Shown in pieces: positions 36,915 through 45,825 of a stretch of 64,000 nucleotides of DNA. The notes under the pieces were generated by a model that searched no databases, was not told the origin of the DNA, and worked only from the letters and a program-made list of their open reading frames with translations. Origin of the DNA: Candidatus Multivoradales bacterium (GTDB taxonomy: Bacteria; Acidobacteriota; Thermoanaerobaculia; Multivoradales; JAHEKO01); NCBI GenBank assembly GCA_965248055.1, contig CBDFIJ010000004.1, positions 2,368,001 to 2,432,000 of the forward strand, given 5' to 3'. How positions within the stretch are numbered: position 1 is the stretch's first letter; the number at the start of each line of letters is the position of its first letter. The translations under genes were made by a program, and so were the position numbers.

Positions 36915-36939
36915 AGCCACTTTAATAATGACAGTGGCT
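36915..36939. promoter_or_regulatory. Inverted repeat upstream of the TA pair (putative operator)
   Basis: AGCCACT-N11-AGTGGCT in AT-rich DNA about 25 bp before the ATG at 36891. Confidence 0.5.
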
Positions 36940-37150
36940 CGGTTTTCAACGCTAACGTTGCCAGGTCCCGCTTGCCTAATTCATCTCGAAGCTTCTTTTG
37001 TACGGGCTCAGAGCATGCCCTACACGGTGCGGGATCGATCCAGTTTAAGAGTTATGTTGAAATGGTGGTCTCCAGCGTGCCAGGAAATCTTGAAATCCAC
37101 TTATGACGTGGCGCTGATTAACACTGGGTCTGGTGGGTGTTGTTGTCAGG

Positions 37151-37981
37151 TCAGTGACCAGCGATCCAGGCGTCCACCTCATCACTTGTAGCCTCATCGT
37201 CTAGGATCTGCTCGATCGTTGATCGATCTCTGGGGTCGAGTTCCAGTTGGAATAATCGTTTCCCTTCGTCGCGAAAACGTTTTTTCTCTGTTGCATCAGT
37301 TCCCAGGTAGCTCTGATAGGCAGTCCAACGCCCCAGTCGGTATTGAGTCGGTTGGTCGAGGTCGGGGAGTCTCGCCTCAGCATCCGACAACTCCTGAATG
37401 AGAGCCTTGGGGTTCAGCGAAGACCGATCTCTTCGGATCTGTTGATAGACCGCCGATGCCGGTTGACTCAAAGGGAGCTTGTCGATGTTAAAGATCAGAG
37501 CGCCCAGAATCCTCTGCAGATCTTGCTCTCGCCCGGCACGCGCCGCAACCTCAAGATCGACCGCCATGACTCCGAGGCGAAAGGAAACATCCTCCCCGAC
37601 CATTCCCGTCGACCCTCCGCGCAGTTCACTCCATCCGCGGAACGGCATTGACTGATCGGCAGCAATCGATTGAGCGACCTGGCGTTGCAGGGTGAGGTCC
37701 CAGGGTTTTGCACTGTTGAAAACGCCGACTGCGATCAACAAAACCGCGGCAGCTGCGAGGAATGAGACGACGAGCTTCCATGGAGGTCGGCTCTTGCCTT
37801 CTTGCGAGGCCCCCAGTTCAGACATCACGCGAACGGTTTCGGCCACGGTTTCTTCACAAGAGGCACAGCTCAACAAATGCTGTTCGATATCTGAACGCTG
37901 GTCGTCGGACAGGTCGCCGTCGATGTATGCGGCCAAGTCTTCCGGCGTCGGACATTGTGCTTGGGCGGGATAGTTACTCAT
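37151..37981 (-). CDS. Zinc-finger (zf-HC2) anti-sigma factor with TM helix
   Basis: CP..EDLAAYIDGDL...IEQHLLSCASC; TM LVVSFLAAAAVLLIAVGVF; ATGA coupling to the sigma gene. Confidence 0.85.
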   Translation of the reverse strand: MSNYPAQAQCPTPEDLAAYIDGDLSDDQRSDIEQHLLSCASCEETVAETVRVMSELGASQEGKSRPPWKLVVSFLAAAAVLLIAVGVFNSAKPWDLTLQRQVAQSIAADQSMPFRGWSELRGGSTGMVGEDVSFRLGVMAVDLEVAARAGREQDLQRILGALIFNIDKLPLSQPASAVYQQIRRDRSSLNPKALIQELSDAEARLPDLDQPTQYRLGRWTAYQSYLGTDATEKKRFRDEGKRLFQLELDPRDRSTIEQILDDEATSDEVDAWIAGH

Positions 37982-38853
37982 GGGGCGTTCTCGACTGCTT
38001 GCAGGGTAGGCATAGTCAGCGCTTCATCCAGACCTGTGACATCCAGGTCAGAATCAACACCAACCCAACCTACCAACGCGCTCACGTCTTGTGCAGCGAC
38101 GCCGCTTGCTTCCATGGTGGTGCGCAACCTCCGCAAACAGCCCTCAAACTGCCGATACAGCTTACGCCGATCGACCCCCATTCCGGCAGCGATTTCGGTC
38201 ACCGTCAAACCATGAGCGAAGCGCTGTCTTATAAGTAGACGGTCCTCTGGCTCAAGTTGTTGTAGCCCAGCGTTCATTGCGGTGCGTACCCGTTCCATCT
38301 GTTGGTGGAGCTCGCGGTCTCGCACTCCAGACTCGGCCGATGATTTGTCGCTGACTTCAGCGACTTCATCCAATCCAACCGTGTGGTGCGTTTCCCGTAT
38401 CGGTAGTCGTGCCAACAGCTTTTCAAGCTCGATCTTGGTTTTTTCGGGCTCCGCCGAGGCTTGTACCAGGAACCGTACCGCCTCGGCAGCACTGCTGCCG
38501 TCGCGATGAATCTTGCGCTCCAACTCGACTGCTTTGGCCCCCAACCGCTTGGCAGTAGCTGACGGACGCCACCGTCCCCATATATGATCCAAATAATCTC
38601 GAAGAAGATTTTGCACCACGACGGCGAGATAGGTCCGTCGTTGGCTCCGGCCCTCAAACTTACGGACGCGCCGATAGTTGTTTTCGATGAAACGAATTTT
38701 CGCCCAAGATCCAAAGTCCTCCGACTCCTCCGAGCGAAGCCCTCGCTTTCGACAACTGATCTCGATCAGTTTTTCGATTTCCGGAAGCCACTGCAAAAAC
38801 TGGTTTTCCCAGCGAGCCGTGTCCGGACGTTGTTCACTTCCCCGCAAACGCAC
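37978..38853 (-). CDS. ECF-type sigma-70 factor
   Basis: Region 2 (FEGRS..RTYLAVVVQNLLRD) and region 4 (LEPEDRLLIRQRFAHGLTVTEIAAGMG); AAGGAAG RBS. Confidence 0.85.
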   Translation of the reverse strand: MRLRGSEQRPDTARWENQFLQWLPEIEKLIEISCRKRGLRSEESEDFGSWAKIRFIENNYRRVRKFEGRSQRRTYLAVVVQNLLRDYLDHIWGRWRPSATAKRLGAKAVELERKIHRDGSSAAEAVRFLVQASAEPEKTKIELEKLLARLPIRETHHTVGLDEVAEVSDKSSAESGVRDRELHQQMERVRTAMNAGLQQLEPEDRLLIRQRFAHGLTVTEIAAGMGVDRRKLYRQFEGCLRRLRTTMEASGVAAQDVSALVGWVGVDSDLDVTGLDEALTMPTLQAVENAP

Positions 38854-38941
38854 CTTCCTTCAAAGAGACCGGGGGGAGTATAACCAACGAGTTCGCCATT
38901 TCTTCGAGCGACCACAGAGGAATGCGATAGGAGCATCGCTG

Positions 38942-41900
38942 ATGACCATCTTGGCTTGTTCGGAAACGCCTATCGACCCAGAAGCCGTTCTAGCCTCCCA
39001 ACCTCGACCGTTTTCCGTCCGCTTTTCGAGCTTTCAGTATCGTGATTGTCGTGGCCTAGGTGAGCCTCGGGACTCAAGAGCAACTATGAGTGCCGGGAAT
39101 AAGGTAGTGCGCTGCTCCGATGTTCCTCGGCCAGGAACGCGCCGATTTCGAACCCTTGAGAAAGTCGCCGAATCGCTTCGCGCTCCGGTTGATTCTGTGA
39201 GAAATGCAGCTCACCGAGCCCATCTTCAGGGTCTCTATTCCTTGGTGTGGGCGGAGAGCCAGGAAGAACTGAGCGCAGTGAGGCGTCTGTGGGAGCGAAC
39301 GCTGAGTAGCTCTGACGGGAATAACTCGAAGCTACTAGCAGACTTGGCGGCGCTGGCACTCGTTCAATCGCGTTCGCGGGATGAAGGGTGGCTGCATCTT
39401 GAGGCGTTGGACATCGCGCAGCGCGCACATAGAGAGCTTCAAGATGACCTCGCAGCTAGCTTCAACATGGGATTGGCGCTTGAGAACGCTGGCTTGCGTT
39501 TGGCGGCCCAAGAGGCCTGGAGAAGGTATTTGGCGCGCGAGGCTGAAGCAAGCTGGCGCTATGAAGGGAAGGATCGTCTTGCTGAGGCCAGCGATCCGAC
39601 CATGGTTGAGCTGTGGGAGTACGATCGGACGAAGCTTAGACGGGCCATTCACAATGAAGATTTTGGAGCATTTGGAACGCTTGCCGAAGCGCATCGACAG
39701 CGTTTGTTCGACGATTTTCTCGAACGCAGCCTAGGTGATTGGTCCGAGAGTCACCTTGCTCGTCGCACCGACTCCCAACGTCGTCTGCGCGAGCTTCAAG
39801 TTGTTGCTGAATTGTTTGAAAAATGGGGTGCTGGATCTTTTCCGGCTCTCAGGGCGCTCGATGCCGAAAAAGAACCGACCTCTGCCCATGATTCACTCGC
39901 AAGGCTGGTTGGAGGTTTTTCTCGGGGTGTAGCTGCTTATCGAGAACAACAGTTTGAGAAAGCCCAGAAACTCTTTAGGAAGATTGATATTGGCCTTGTT
40001 GGTCATCGATCGAATTTGGCAGCTTGGGCTCGGTACTATGATGCGGTTTCGACGTTTCACAGCGATGTGGTCGGTAGTGGGCGAAGCCTCAGAAGCCTTG
40101 CAGCGGAGGTGCCTGACAGAGAAATGGTCCTTAGGGCACGAGTCTATTGGGTTGAGGGTTTGGTCGCTTCCCTAGGAGGTGACCACGAGGCGGCGCTAGA
40201 ATTTTTTGGTGTGGCCTCTTCCTTGCTAGAAAACAGCCTGGGATATGAGGCCTCGTTGGGCGCAGTCGTTCAGAAAACTAGTGTGCTGGAGTCGCTTGGA
40301 AGGGAGTACGAAGCTTGGAGTGCTTCTGTCGAGGCGTTACGGCATTTGTCGAAGAACGGGGATCACAGACTGTGGTTTGAGCGTGCTGGCCTACTGGGCA
40401 AATATCTCTGCGAGCAGGGCTCATCAGAAGTCGCCATGCTTACGATAAGGGAAGCGCTAGCGATTGCTGAAGCTTGGGGAAACGTTGTCTCATTACAGGA
40501 AGCACACTACTGGCTTGGCCAATGTTTGTTTCGCCAAGGAAATGTGGGGGCCAGGTCCTATCTGGAACAGTCGTACAGATTTGCAGAGCAAGTCAAAGAT
40601 CCTAGTTTTAGACGAGTCCTCGAAGCGGATGTTGATACCGTCATGGCCGACGTAGTGGCTAGTAAGGACTCTACGAGAGCGTTGAGTCTTCTCGAAGGTG
40701 TTGTCCAAACCTACGAGGGTCTAGGTGATGAACTTAGTTTGGCAGTGGCGCTTGAGGTGCAAGGGAGGACTCTCGCTGGAAGAGGTTTTCGGGAGGAAGC
40801 GTGGCTGGTATTGCAACGGGCAGAACGGATACTTCTGTCGGGTGTGCAATGGGCGAAACCAACAACGGAACCCCTGCGCCTCCGGGTCGCAGAACGTTTG
40901 TACGGCTCGATGTTGGCTCAGGCCGTTGGACGTGGTGATCCGCAATTGAGCTTGTGGTGTGCAGAAGCGAAGCGGGCGGTAAGCGAAGGGCGAAGACCAC
41001 CTTCTGGACCAAAGGATCTCATGGGTCTATTCCCCCGCGGAGCCGATGTGGTGTTTTATGAAGATGTTGGGGACGTCACGTATGTCTGGTGGGTACGGGA
41101 CCAGAGCATTGAGATGAACAATCTTGGCCGAGTGCCGACGCTTCCATCGTCAAAGCAACTTGCGTTTTCCGCTGAGTGGATGGCGAGACTCTATGATCTA
41201 TTGCTAGCGCCTTTGTCCATCAGTAAGTCGCAACGTCCGCTCTTGGTTATTCCGTCTTCCCGTCTCATGGGAGTTCCCTTCGCGAGGTTGCTCAACGGTG
41301 TTGGTACCAATGTGGCTGAGTGGCGCTCGATCATGTATTCACCTAGTCTGACGGCGCAAACGGATTTCGATGTAAGCAGCGGAGTGCAATTGGAAGAGGA
41401 CTTGTTGGTATTCGCGCCGCTTGTTACGGGCGATAGTTCAGCATTCCCGTTCGCACAAATGGAAGTCAACGATATCGTCGCACTTGTCCCTCACGCGACG
41501 GTATATGCCGGAAGAGAGGCATCCAAATCTGCTTTCCTACGGGCGGCTCCAGGCTCGCGGGTAATTCACTTTACTGGGCATTCCACTCTCGATGCGCTCA
41601 TCCCATATCGAGCGAACCTTATGTTTGGGAATAGCAGCAACAAGTTATCGACTGCGGAGCTAAGTAATGTCGAACTTTCATCCGTCCAACTCATCGTGCT
41701 TGCTAGCTGCACTTCTGCCATCGACCAGGACTTTGCGAACGTATCTCGATTCGGTATGGCGCAGGCTTTCCTTGCGAGAGGCGTCGGTGGGGTTCTTGGT
41801 TCAATGTGGGAGGTTTCAGATAGTGAGACGAGAGTATTCATGCGGCGGTTCTACTCTGAGTTCTTGGCAGGGAAGACGCCTGCTGCTGCGCTGGCTTTCA

Positions 41901-41971
41901 TCCAAAAGGAGCGCGCAGCAGAAACTGGCCGACCTGACTGGGCAGCCTGGAGGCTGGTTGGCAGGATGTAA
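38942..41971 (+). CDS. TPR + CHAT-domain (caspase-like) protease
   Basis: TPR-like helices; C-terminal CHAT motifs IPSSRLMGVPFARL, IHFTGHS (His), VLASCTS (Cys), GSMWEVSD, PDWAAW; AGGAG RBS before ATG 38942. Confidence 0.85.
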   Translation: MTILACSETPIDPEAVLASQPRPFSVRFSSFQYRDCRGLGEPRDSRATMSAGNKVVRCSDVPRPGTRRFRTLEKVAESLRAPVDSVRNAAHRAHLQGLYSLVWAESQEELSAVRRLWERTLSSSDGNNSKLLADLAALALVQSRSRDEGWLHLEALDIAQRAHRELQDDLAASFNMGLALENAGLRLAAQEAWRRYLAREAEASWRYEGKDRLAEASDPTMVELWEYDRTKLRRAIHNEDFGAFGTLAEAHRQRLFDDFLERSLGDWSESHLARRTDSQRRLRELQVVAELFEKWGAGSFPALRALDAEKEPTSAHDSLARLVGGFSRGVAAYREQQFEKAQKLFRKIDIGLVGHRSNLAAWARYYDAVSTFHSDVVGSGRSLRSLAAEVPDREMVLRARVYWVEGLVASLGGDHEAALEFFGVASSLLENSLGYEASLGAVVQKTSVLESLGREYEAWSASVEALRHLSKNGDHRLWFERAGLLGKYLCEQGSSEVAMLTIREALAIAEAWGNVVSLQEAHYWLGQCLFRQGNVGARSYLEQSYRFAEQVKDPSFRRVLEADVDTVMADVVASKDSTRALSLLEGVVQTYEGLGDELSLAVALEVQGRTLAGRGFREEAWLVLQRAERILLSGVQWAKPTTEPLRLRVAERLYGSMLAQAVGRGDPQLSLWCAEAKRAVSEGRRPPSGPKDLMGLFPRGADVVFYEDVGDVTYVWWVRDQSIEMNNLGRVPTLPSSKQLAFSAEWMARLYDLLLAPLSISKSQRPLLVIPSSRLMGVPFARLLNGVGTNVAEWRSIMYSPSLTAQTDFDVSSGVQLEEDLLVFAPLVTGDSSAFPFAQMEVNDIVALVPHATVYAGREASKSAFLRAAPGSRVIHFTGHSTLDALIPYRANLMFGNSSNKLSTAELSNVELSSVQLIVLASCTSAIDQDFANVSRFGMAQAFLARGVGGVLGSMWEVSDSETRVFMRRFYSEFLAGKTPAAALAFIQKERAAETGRPDWAAWRLVGRM

Positions 41972-41988
41972 ATGAAATAAGGAGTGTA

Positions 41989-42774
41989 ATGAGCTATCAG
42001 CTAAAGATTCATTTTTGCGGGATGATTGTGTTTGATGTCAGTGAGAGACGCGCCTTTCTAGTCCGCCACGGCCTTCACTATCCTCGATTGACTACGGAGA
42101 AGCTGGGTTCACCTGAGAAGTTGCTCATGGACAAAGATACGAAGAGGCATAGCCACCCTCTCTATCGACTCCAGCCTGATTACCCAGGCGGATGGGATTT
42201 GGAACAGTACCAATCTCTCGAAGTTGTTGCACAAGGTGGTGATTTGACTTCTCCGGGCGCAGACCACTTGGGAGCAGTTGTGAACCTGCGAACATTGTTT
42301 CCGCGTATGGGCCAGGTGAACGGGAAACGATGCATAACGCTTTTCCTGGATGAGTGTCAGTTGGTGCAAGGAGCCTCCGAACCTGGGGTTTGGTGTTTCT
42401 ATGTCGACAAGAAGGAAGTGCATCAGATGGAATATGTGTCACAAGCTGTGACAGCGATATATGACATCCCTGATAATGCGGTAGTTGAACTACAAGGTGT
42501 CTTTAGTAACAACTCGAGAAAAACCCTAGGAAGGTGGAGTCAAGCCTCTGAAGCTTGGATTAGTAATTGGGATAAAAGATTCTATGGGATCAACCAGAAA
42601 AATGACGCCCCGGACCTAGTCACGCATTTTGGCGCGTTTGCCTACAAACCAAAGTCGGTCAAGGTTCTGCATGAGAATACCAAGAAGAAAATCAAGGCGA
42701 AAAAGGCTGGGAGGCCTAGTCAAGTCGCGGCGGGCGCGAGGTTGTGTCCACCTTCACAAACGGGTGGTGGCTAG
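41989..42774 (+). CDS. Hypothetical protein downstream of the CHAT gene
   Basis: Strong AAGGAG RBS, 17 bp after the CHAT stop; LKIHFCGMIVF, HYPRL, THFGAF, terminal LCPP. Confidence 0.7.
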   Translation: MSYQLKIHFCGMIVFDVSERRAFLVRHGLHYPRLTTEKLGSPEKLLMDKDTKRHSHPLYRLQPDYPGGWDLEQYQSLEVVAQGGDLTSPGADHLGAVVNLRTLFPRMGQVNGKRCITLFLDECQLVQGASEPGVWCFYVDKKEVHQMEYVSQAVTAIYDIPDNAVVELQGVFSNNSRKTLGRWSQASEAWISNWDKRFYGINQKNDAPDLVTHFGAFAYKPKSVKVLHENTKKKIKAKKAGRPSQVAAGARLCPPSQTGGG

Positions 42775-43676
42775 AGAATCGGTCGGAGAACGGAACGGAG
42801 CCGATTCGAGCCTAGGGAGTTATTGAATGGATCGTTTCTGCAAGATCCAATTCCGGAATGTATCCCGCAGATTTGGAGATTCGCCAGCTGTGACCAAGAC
42901 CTAGCCCAAGAAAGGAATCCGTCGGTGCTTGTGATGGCAATAGATGAAAATCGGTAGCAGCTTTGGCCTGCGTTTACACCGGCGATTTTACGTTCCTGGT
43001 CACAGTCTAGAAAATAGGCGGCGCCTCCGCTGTCACCGTCGCAGAGGGTCGCACCACTATCTGTAACCGCAAAATAGCTTGGAGGCTTTGGTATTTCCAT
43101 GATGCGGGCCTCTCCGAGTCTGAGGTCACCGAAGTCCGTTACCATTCCGTGATTCTCTCTTCCGCAGCCAAATCCCAGCAGTCCGAGATTGACTCCGATC
43201 GCAACTTTCTTGGAGTCTGTTTCGATTGTTTCATAAGTTATGAACTCAACACTCTCATCGAGTTGACACAGCGCGAAGTCAGGTGAGACCTTCGCATACC
43301 AGTCCTCGTCCGCCTCATCTACGTCCTCTTGATAGTCGGGATGATGATCGCAGGTTGCATCTATTTTGTTTCCACAAACTTCCAGGGTCCCCTGCGAAGA
43401 GTCTGCGACGCAGTGAGCGGCCGTTAGAACAGCTCTGGGACCGACGAGGGTTGCTGTACAGTCCTCATTCCCATCAAGTCTGAGAGTGGCGCTCCATTTG
43501 TTGACCGAGACTTCGTCCCCTCCGATAACTGTTGAGTTAGTCAGCTTCTTGCTGGTCATATTCTGACAATAAGCTGTACTTTCCGCGATCATCTTGAACG
43601 GTGCTTCAGTAGAGGCGACTTGACCTCCAGAGAGAAACAAGAAAAGGGTAGAAGTGATAAGCGATCGTCTCATCAT
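42771..43676 (-). CDS. Secreted trypsin-like (S1) serine protease
   Basis: Signal peptide; CTATLV...LTAAHC, PDFALC, CDGDSGG catalytic triad motifs. Confidence 0.88.
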   Translation of the reverse strand: MMRRSLITSTLFLFLSGGQVASTEAPFKMIAESTAYCQNMTSKKLTNSTVIGGDEVSVNKWSATLRLDGNEDCTATLVGPRAVLTAAHCVADSSQGTLEVCGNKIDATCDHHPDYQEDVDEADEDWYAKVSPDFALCQLDESVEFITYETIETDSKKVAIGVNLGLLGFGCGRENHGMVTDFGDLRLGEARIMEIPKPPSYFAVTDSGATLCDGDSGGAAYFLDCDQERKIAGVNAGQSCYRFSSIAITSTDGFLSWARSWSQLANLQICGIHSGIGSCRNDPFNNSLGSNRLRSVLRPIL

Positions 43677-43711
43677 AGCTGGTTTCCGATTAGGGTTGTC
43701 GCAACCTCGAC

Positions 43712-45253
43712 CTAGTTGGAATCGCTCTTCTTTAGCGAATAACTGAGTCCAACCTTTGCCCCAAACCGCTGATCCACGTCACCCAAGAACTCGGGTTTGG
43801 TTGCATAGTCAAGCGAGATGGGAAGTGTTACTCCCCCTTTGAGGGGTACGGTATAGGTTAATTCCCCGACCCAGCGTTTTTGCCTTGAAGGGTCATCGTC
43901 TACCCAAACATATTCGGCGGTGAGGTCGATTCTGGGGTGTACTTGTTCTCCACCGACATCGATTGTTTGAGCTGTCAGTGCTCGGCCCCAAGTGAGCTTT
44001 CCGCACCATTCGTCCGCGGACTCAGCAGTCAAAGTAGCCACTTTTGGAAACGAGTTTTCGGCTCCGGTTGCTGGATCGACGGTAACTTGATCGTATGAGT
44101 AGGAAATGTCCCTAGCGGACCGTTGTACGTAGGTGAGCGAGACGGCGAACCGGTTGTCTTTTTCCTTATTGTTAATACTAATGTCTTTGAAGGCTTCGAG
44201 TAAACCAATGCTCTTTTTCTTGGATTTCTTGAGTACCGAGTTAATGTTTTGTAATCCCCACTCGTATTTGGCAGAAGCTGACCACTCATCTGATCCGACT
44301 AAATCGTCACGCCACCGCCAGGCAGACTCCAAGACGAACTGAGGCTGGCTGTCGACTAGTTCGGGAAGTTTGTTGAGAGTGCCAGACGCTAAAGCACGCG
44401 CCTGCATGTCCGGTGCAATATCGATGGCCAATTGGGCAATTGAAGTTGACACCTGGGTTTTCACTTCTTCTCTCGACCAGGTCCCGTTGCCGCATGTCTT
44501 GTGGAGATCGATAACAGTCTGCGAATATAGTTGACTGTATTCACAGTTCTCTAATAGTGGTATTCGATAATCGATCCCTTCCAGCAACGCTTGATCAGTG
44601 TTGCTTGCTTGCAGATAAAGTTCTGCAATAACTTCTGTGTACAGTGTTGGGTTACGCCCGATGCCAAGTTGTATTCTTGTGGGCGTTTTATTGACGAGGG
44701 CTTTACGATTGATGCCGTACGAAAACGAAATCGCAATGTCATCTGTATCGCCAAGCTCGTCCAACAGACTATCGGATTGCCGTTCCTGTTCTGAATCAAC
44801 AATTGTTCTTACAAGCTTGCTATCCAAAACTGGTTCTCGAAGAATTGTGCTGATTTTGAAGTCAGATCGAAGACCAAAGAGCTTATTTAGATCAATTGTA
44901 ACGGTTTGGTCCTCTTTGTTTGGAGAGATCGCATCTACCGACAGCCCCAGGAGAGAGGTGAAATTGGTTAGCGAGGAACCAACTCGGGAACCAAATCCAC
45001 CGTCAGTTCCGACGGTTGCAGGTTTGGCTTTCTGAAGGCTCCTTGTCTTGTCTGCAGAGTGTCTTGAAAGGAGTCTATCCAGATAGTTACGTAGAGATTC
45101 TTCTTCTCGAATAGGCAGGCGGTCTGTGAGTTGCTGCGCGTTATTAGAATCGATGCATCGATTGACAACCTGAGTTTCGCACTGGCAGCACTCGGACGCT
45201 TCTCCGAGACCGGCAACCAGAAGTAAGGACAGAGATACCAGGGAAGTCTTCAT
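43712..45253 (-). CDS. Secreted/outer-membrane hypothetical protein
   Basis: Signal peptide, N-terminal Cys cluster, beta-strand-like C-terminus ending GLSYSL. Confidence 0.65.
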   Translation of the reverse strand: MKTSLVSLSLLLVAGLGEASECCQCETQVVNRCIDSNNAQQLTDRLPIREEESLRNYLDRLLSRHSADKTRSLQKAKPATVGTDGGFGSRVGSSLTNFTSLLGLSVDAISPNKEDQTVTIDLNKLFGLRSDFKISTILREPVLDSKLVRTIVDSEQERQSDSLLDELGDTDDIAISFSYGINRKALVNKTPTRIQLGIGRNPTLYTEVIAELYLQASNTDQALLEGIDYRIPLLENCEYSQLYSQTVIDLHKTCGNGTWSREEVKTQVSTSIAQLAIDIAPDMQARALASGTLNKLPELVDSQPQFVLESAWRWRDDLVGSDEWSASAKYEWGLQNINSVLKKSKKKSIGLLEAFKDISINNKEKDNRFAVSLTYVQRSARDISYSYDQVTVDPATGAENSFPKVATLTAESADEWCGKLTWGRALTAQTIDVGGEQVHPRIDLTAEYVWVDDDPSRQKRWVGELTYTVPLKGGVTLPISLDYATKPEFLGDVDQRFGAKVGLSYSLKKSDSN

Positions 45254-45654
45254 CGTATAACGCTCCTTTTGGTTTTTTGGACGGCGGACAGCTTGAATCG
45301 CGCGGCGCGCGGTTCATCGTCAGCGGTGTAGGAGTACGGACCGTAGTTCTCACCATCGATGAGTACTGTCATGTCCGCGGTATCACCTTTCTTGAGGACC
45401 TCGACAACAATGGCGCACCGTTCGGATGTATGAACGGACCAGGGGCCATTTGACGGTGTCCAAGACGATCCTGGGCTCAGGCCCGCTACGCAACCTGAAT
45501 CGACCGGCGTAGGTTTTTGCCCCTTTTTCCACTTGTACACGGTGATACAAGAGGCAAAGATGGGTCTTGTTTTGGCTTCGATTTTGACGTTGATGGTTGC
45601 GGGAGCATGTACCCTCCGCCAACTGTCCAGTATTTGCTTTGCCACTATTGTCAC
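45250..45654 (-). CDS. Hypothetical protein
   Basis: AAGGAG upstream; ATGA overlap with the next gene. Confidence 0.5.
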   Translation of the reverse strand: MTIVAKQILDSWRRVHAPATINVKIEAKTRPIFASCITVYKWKKGQKPTPVDSGCVAGLSPGSSWTPSNGPWSVHTSERCAIVVEVLKKGDTADMTVLIDGENYGPYSYTADDEPRAARFKLSAVQKTKRSVIR

Positions 45655-45825
45655 TCCTTTTGATGAGCGCTAGTCCTTGATCTAGCGCGACCGTTGATTT
45701 GATTTCACAGAAAATGTAGACGGACGCAATGCTGCGTTTTTCCTGTCCGATCTCTTCTCCAGCTCTTTGGACAGCAGGAAGCGAAGCCCTTGCACCCGAC
45801 CCTCCCATCGGCCAGACTCAGGCCG

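Noticed and set aside
38678-38941. N-terminal extension of the CHAT ORF
   Set aside because: Overlaps the sigma gene on the opposite strand; ATG 38942 has an RBS.
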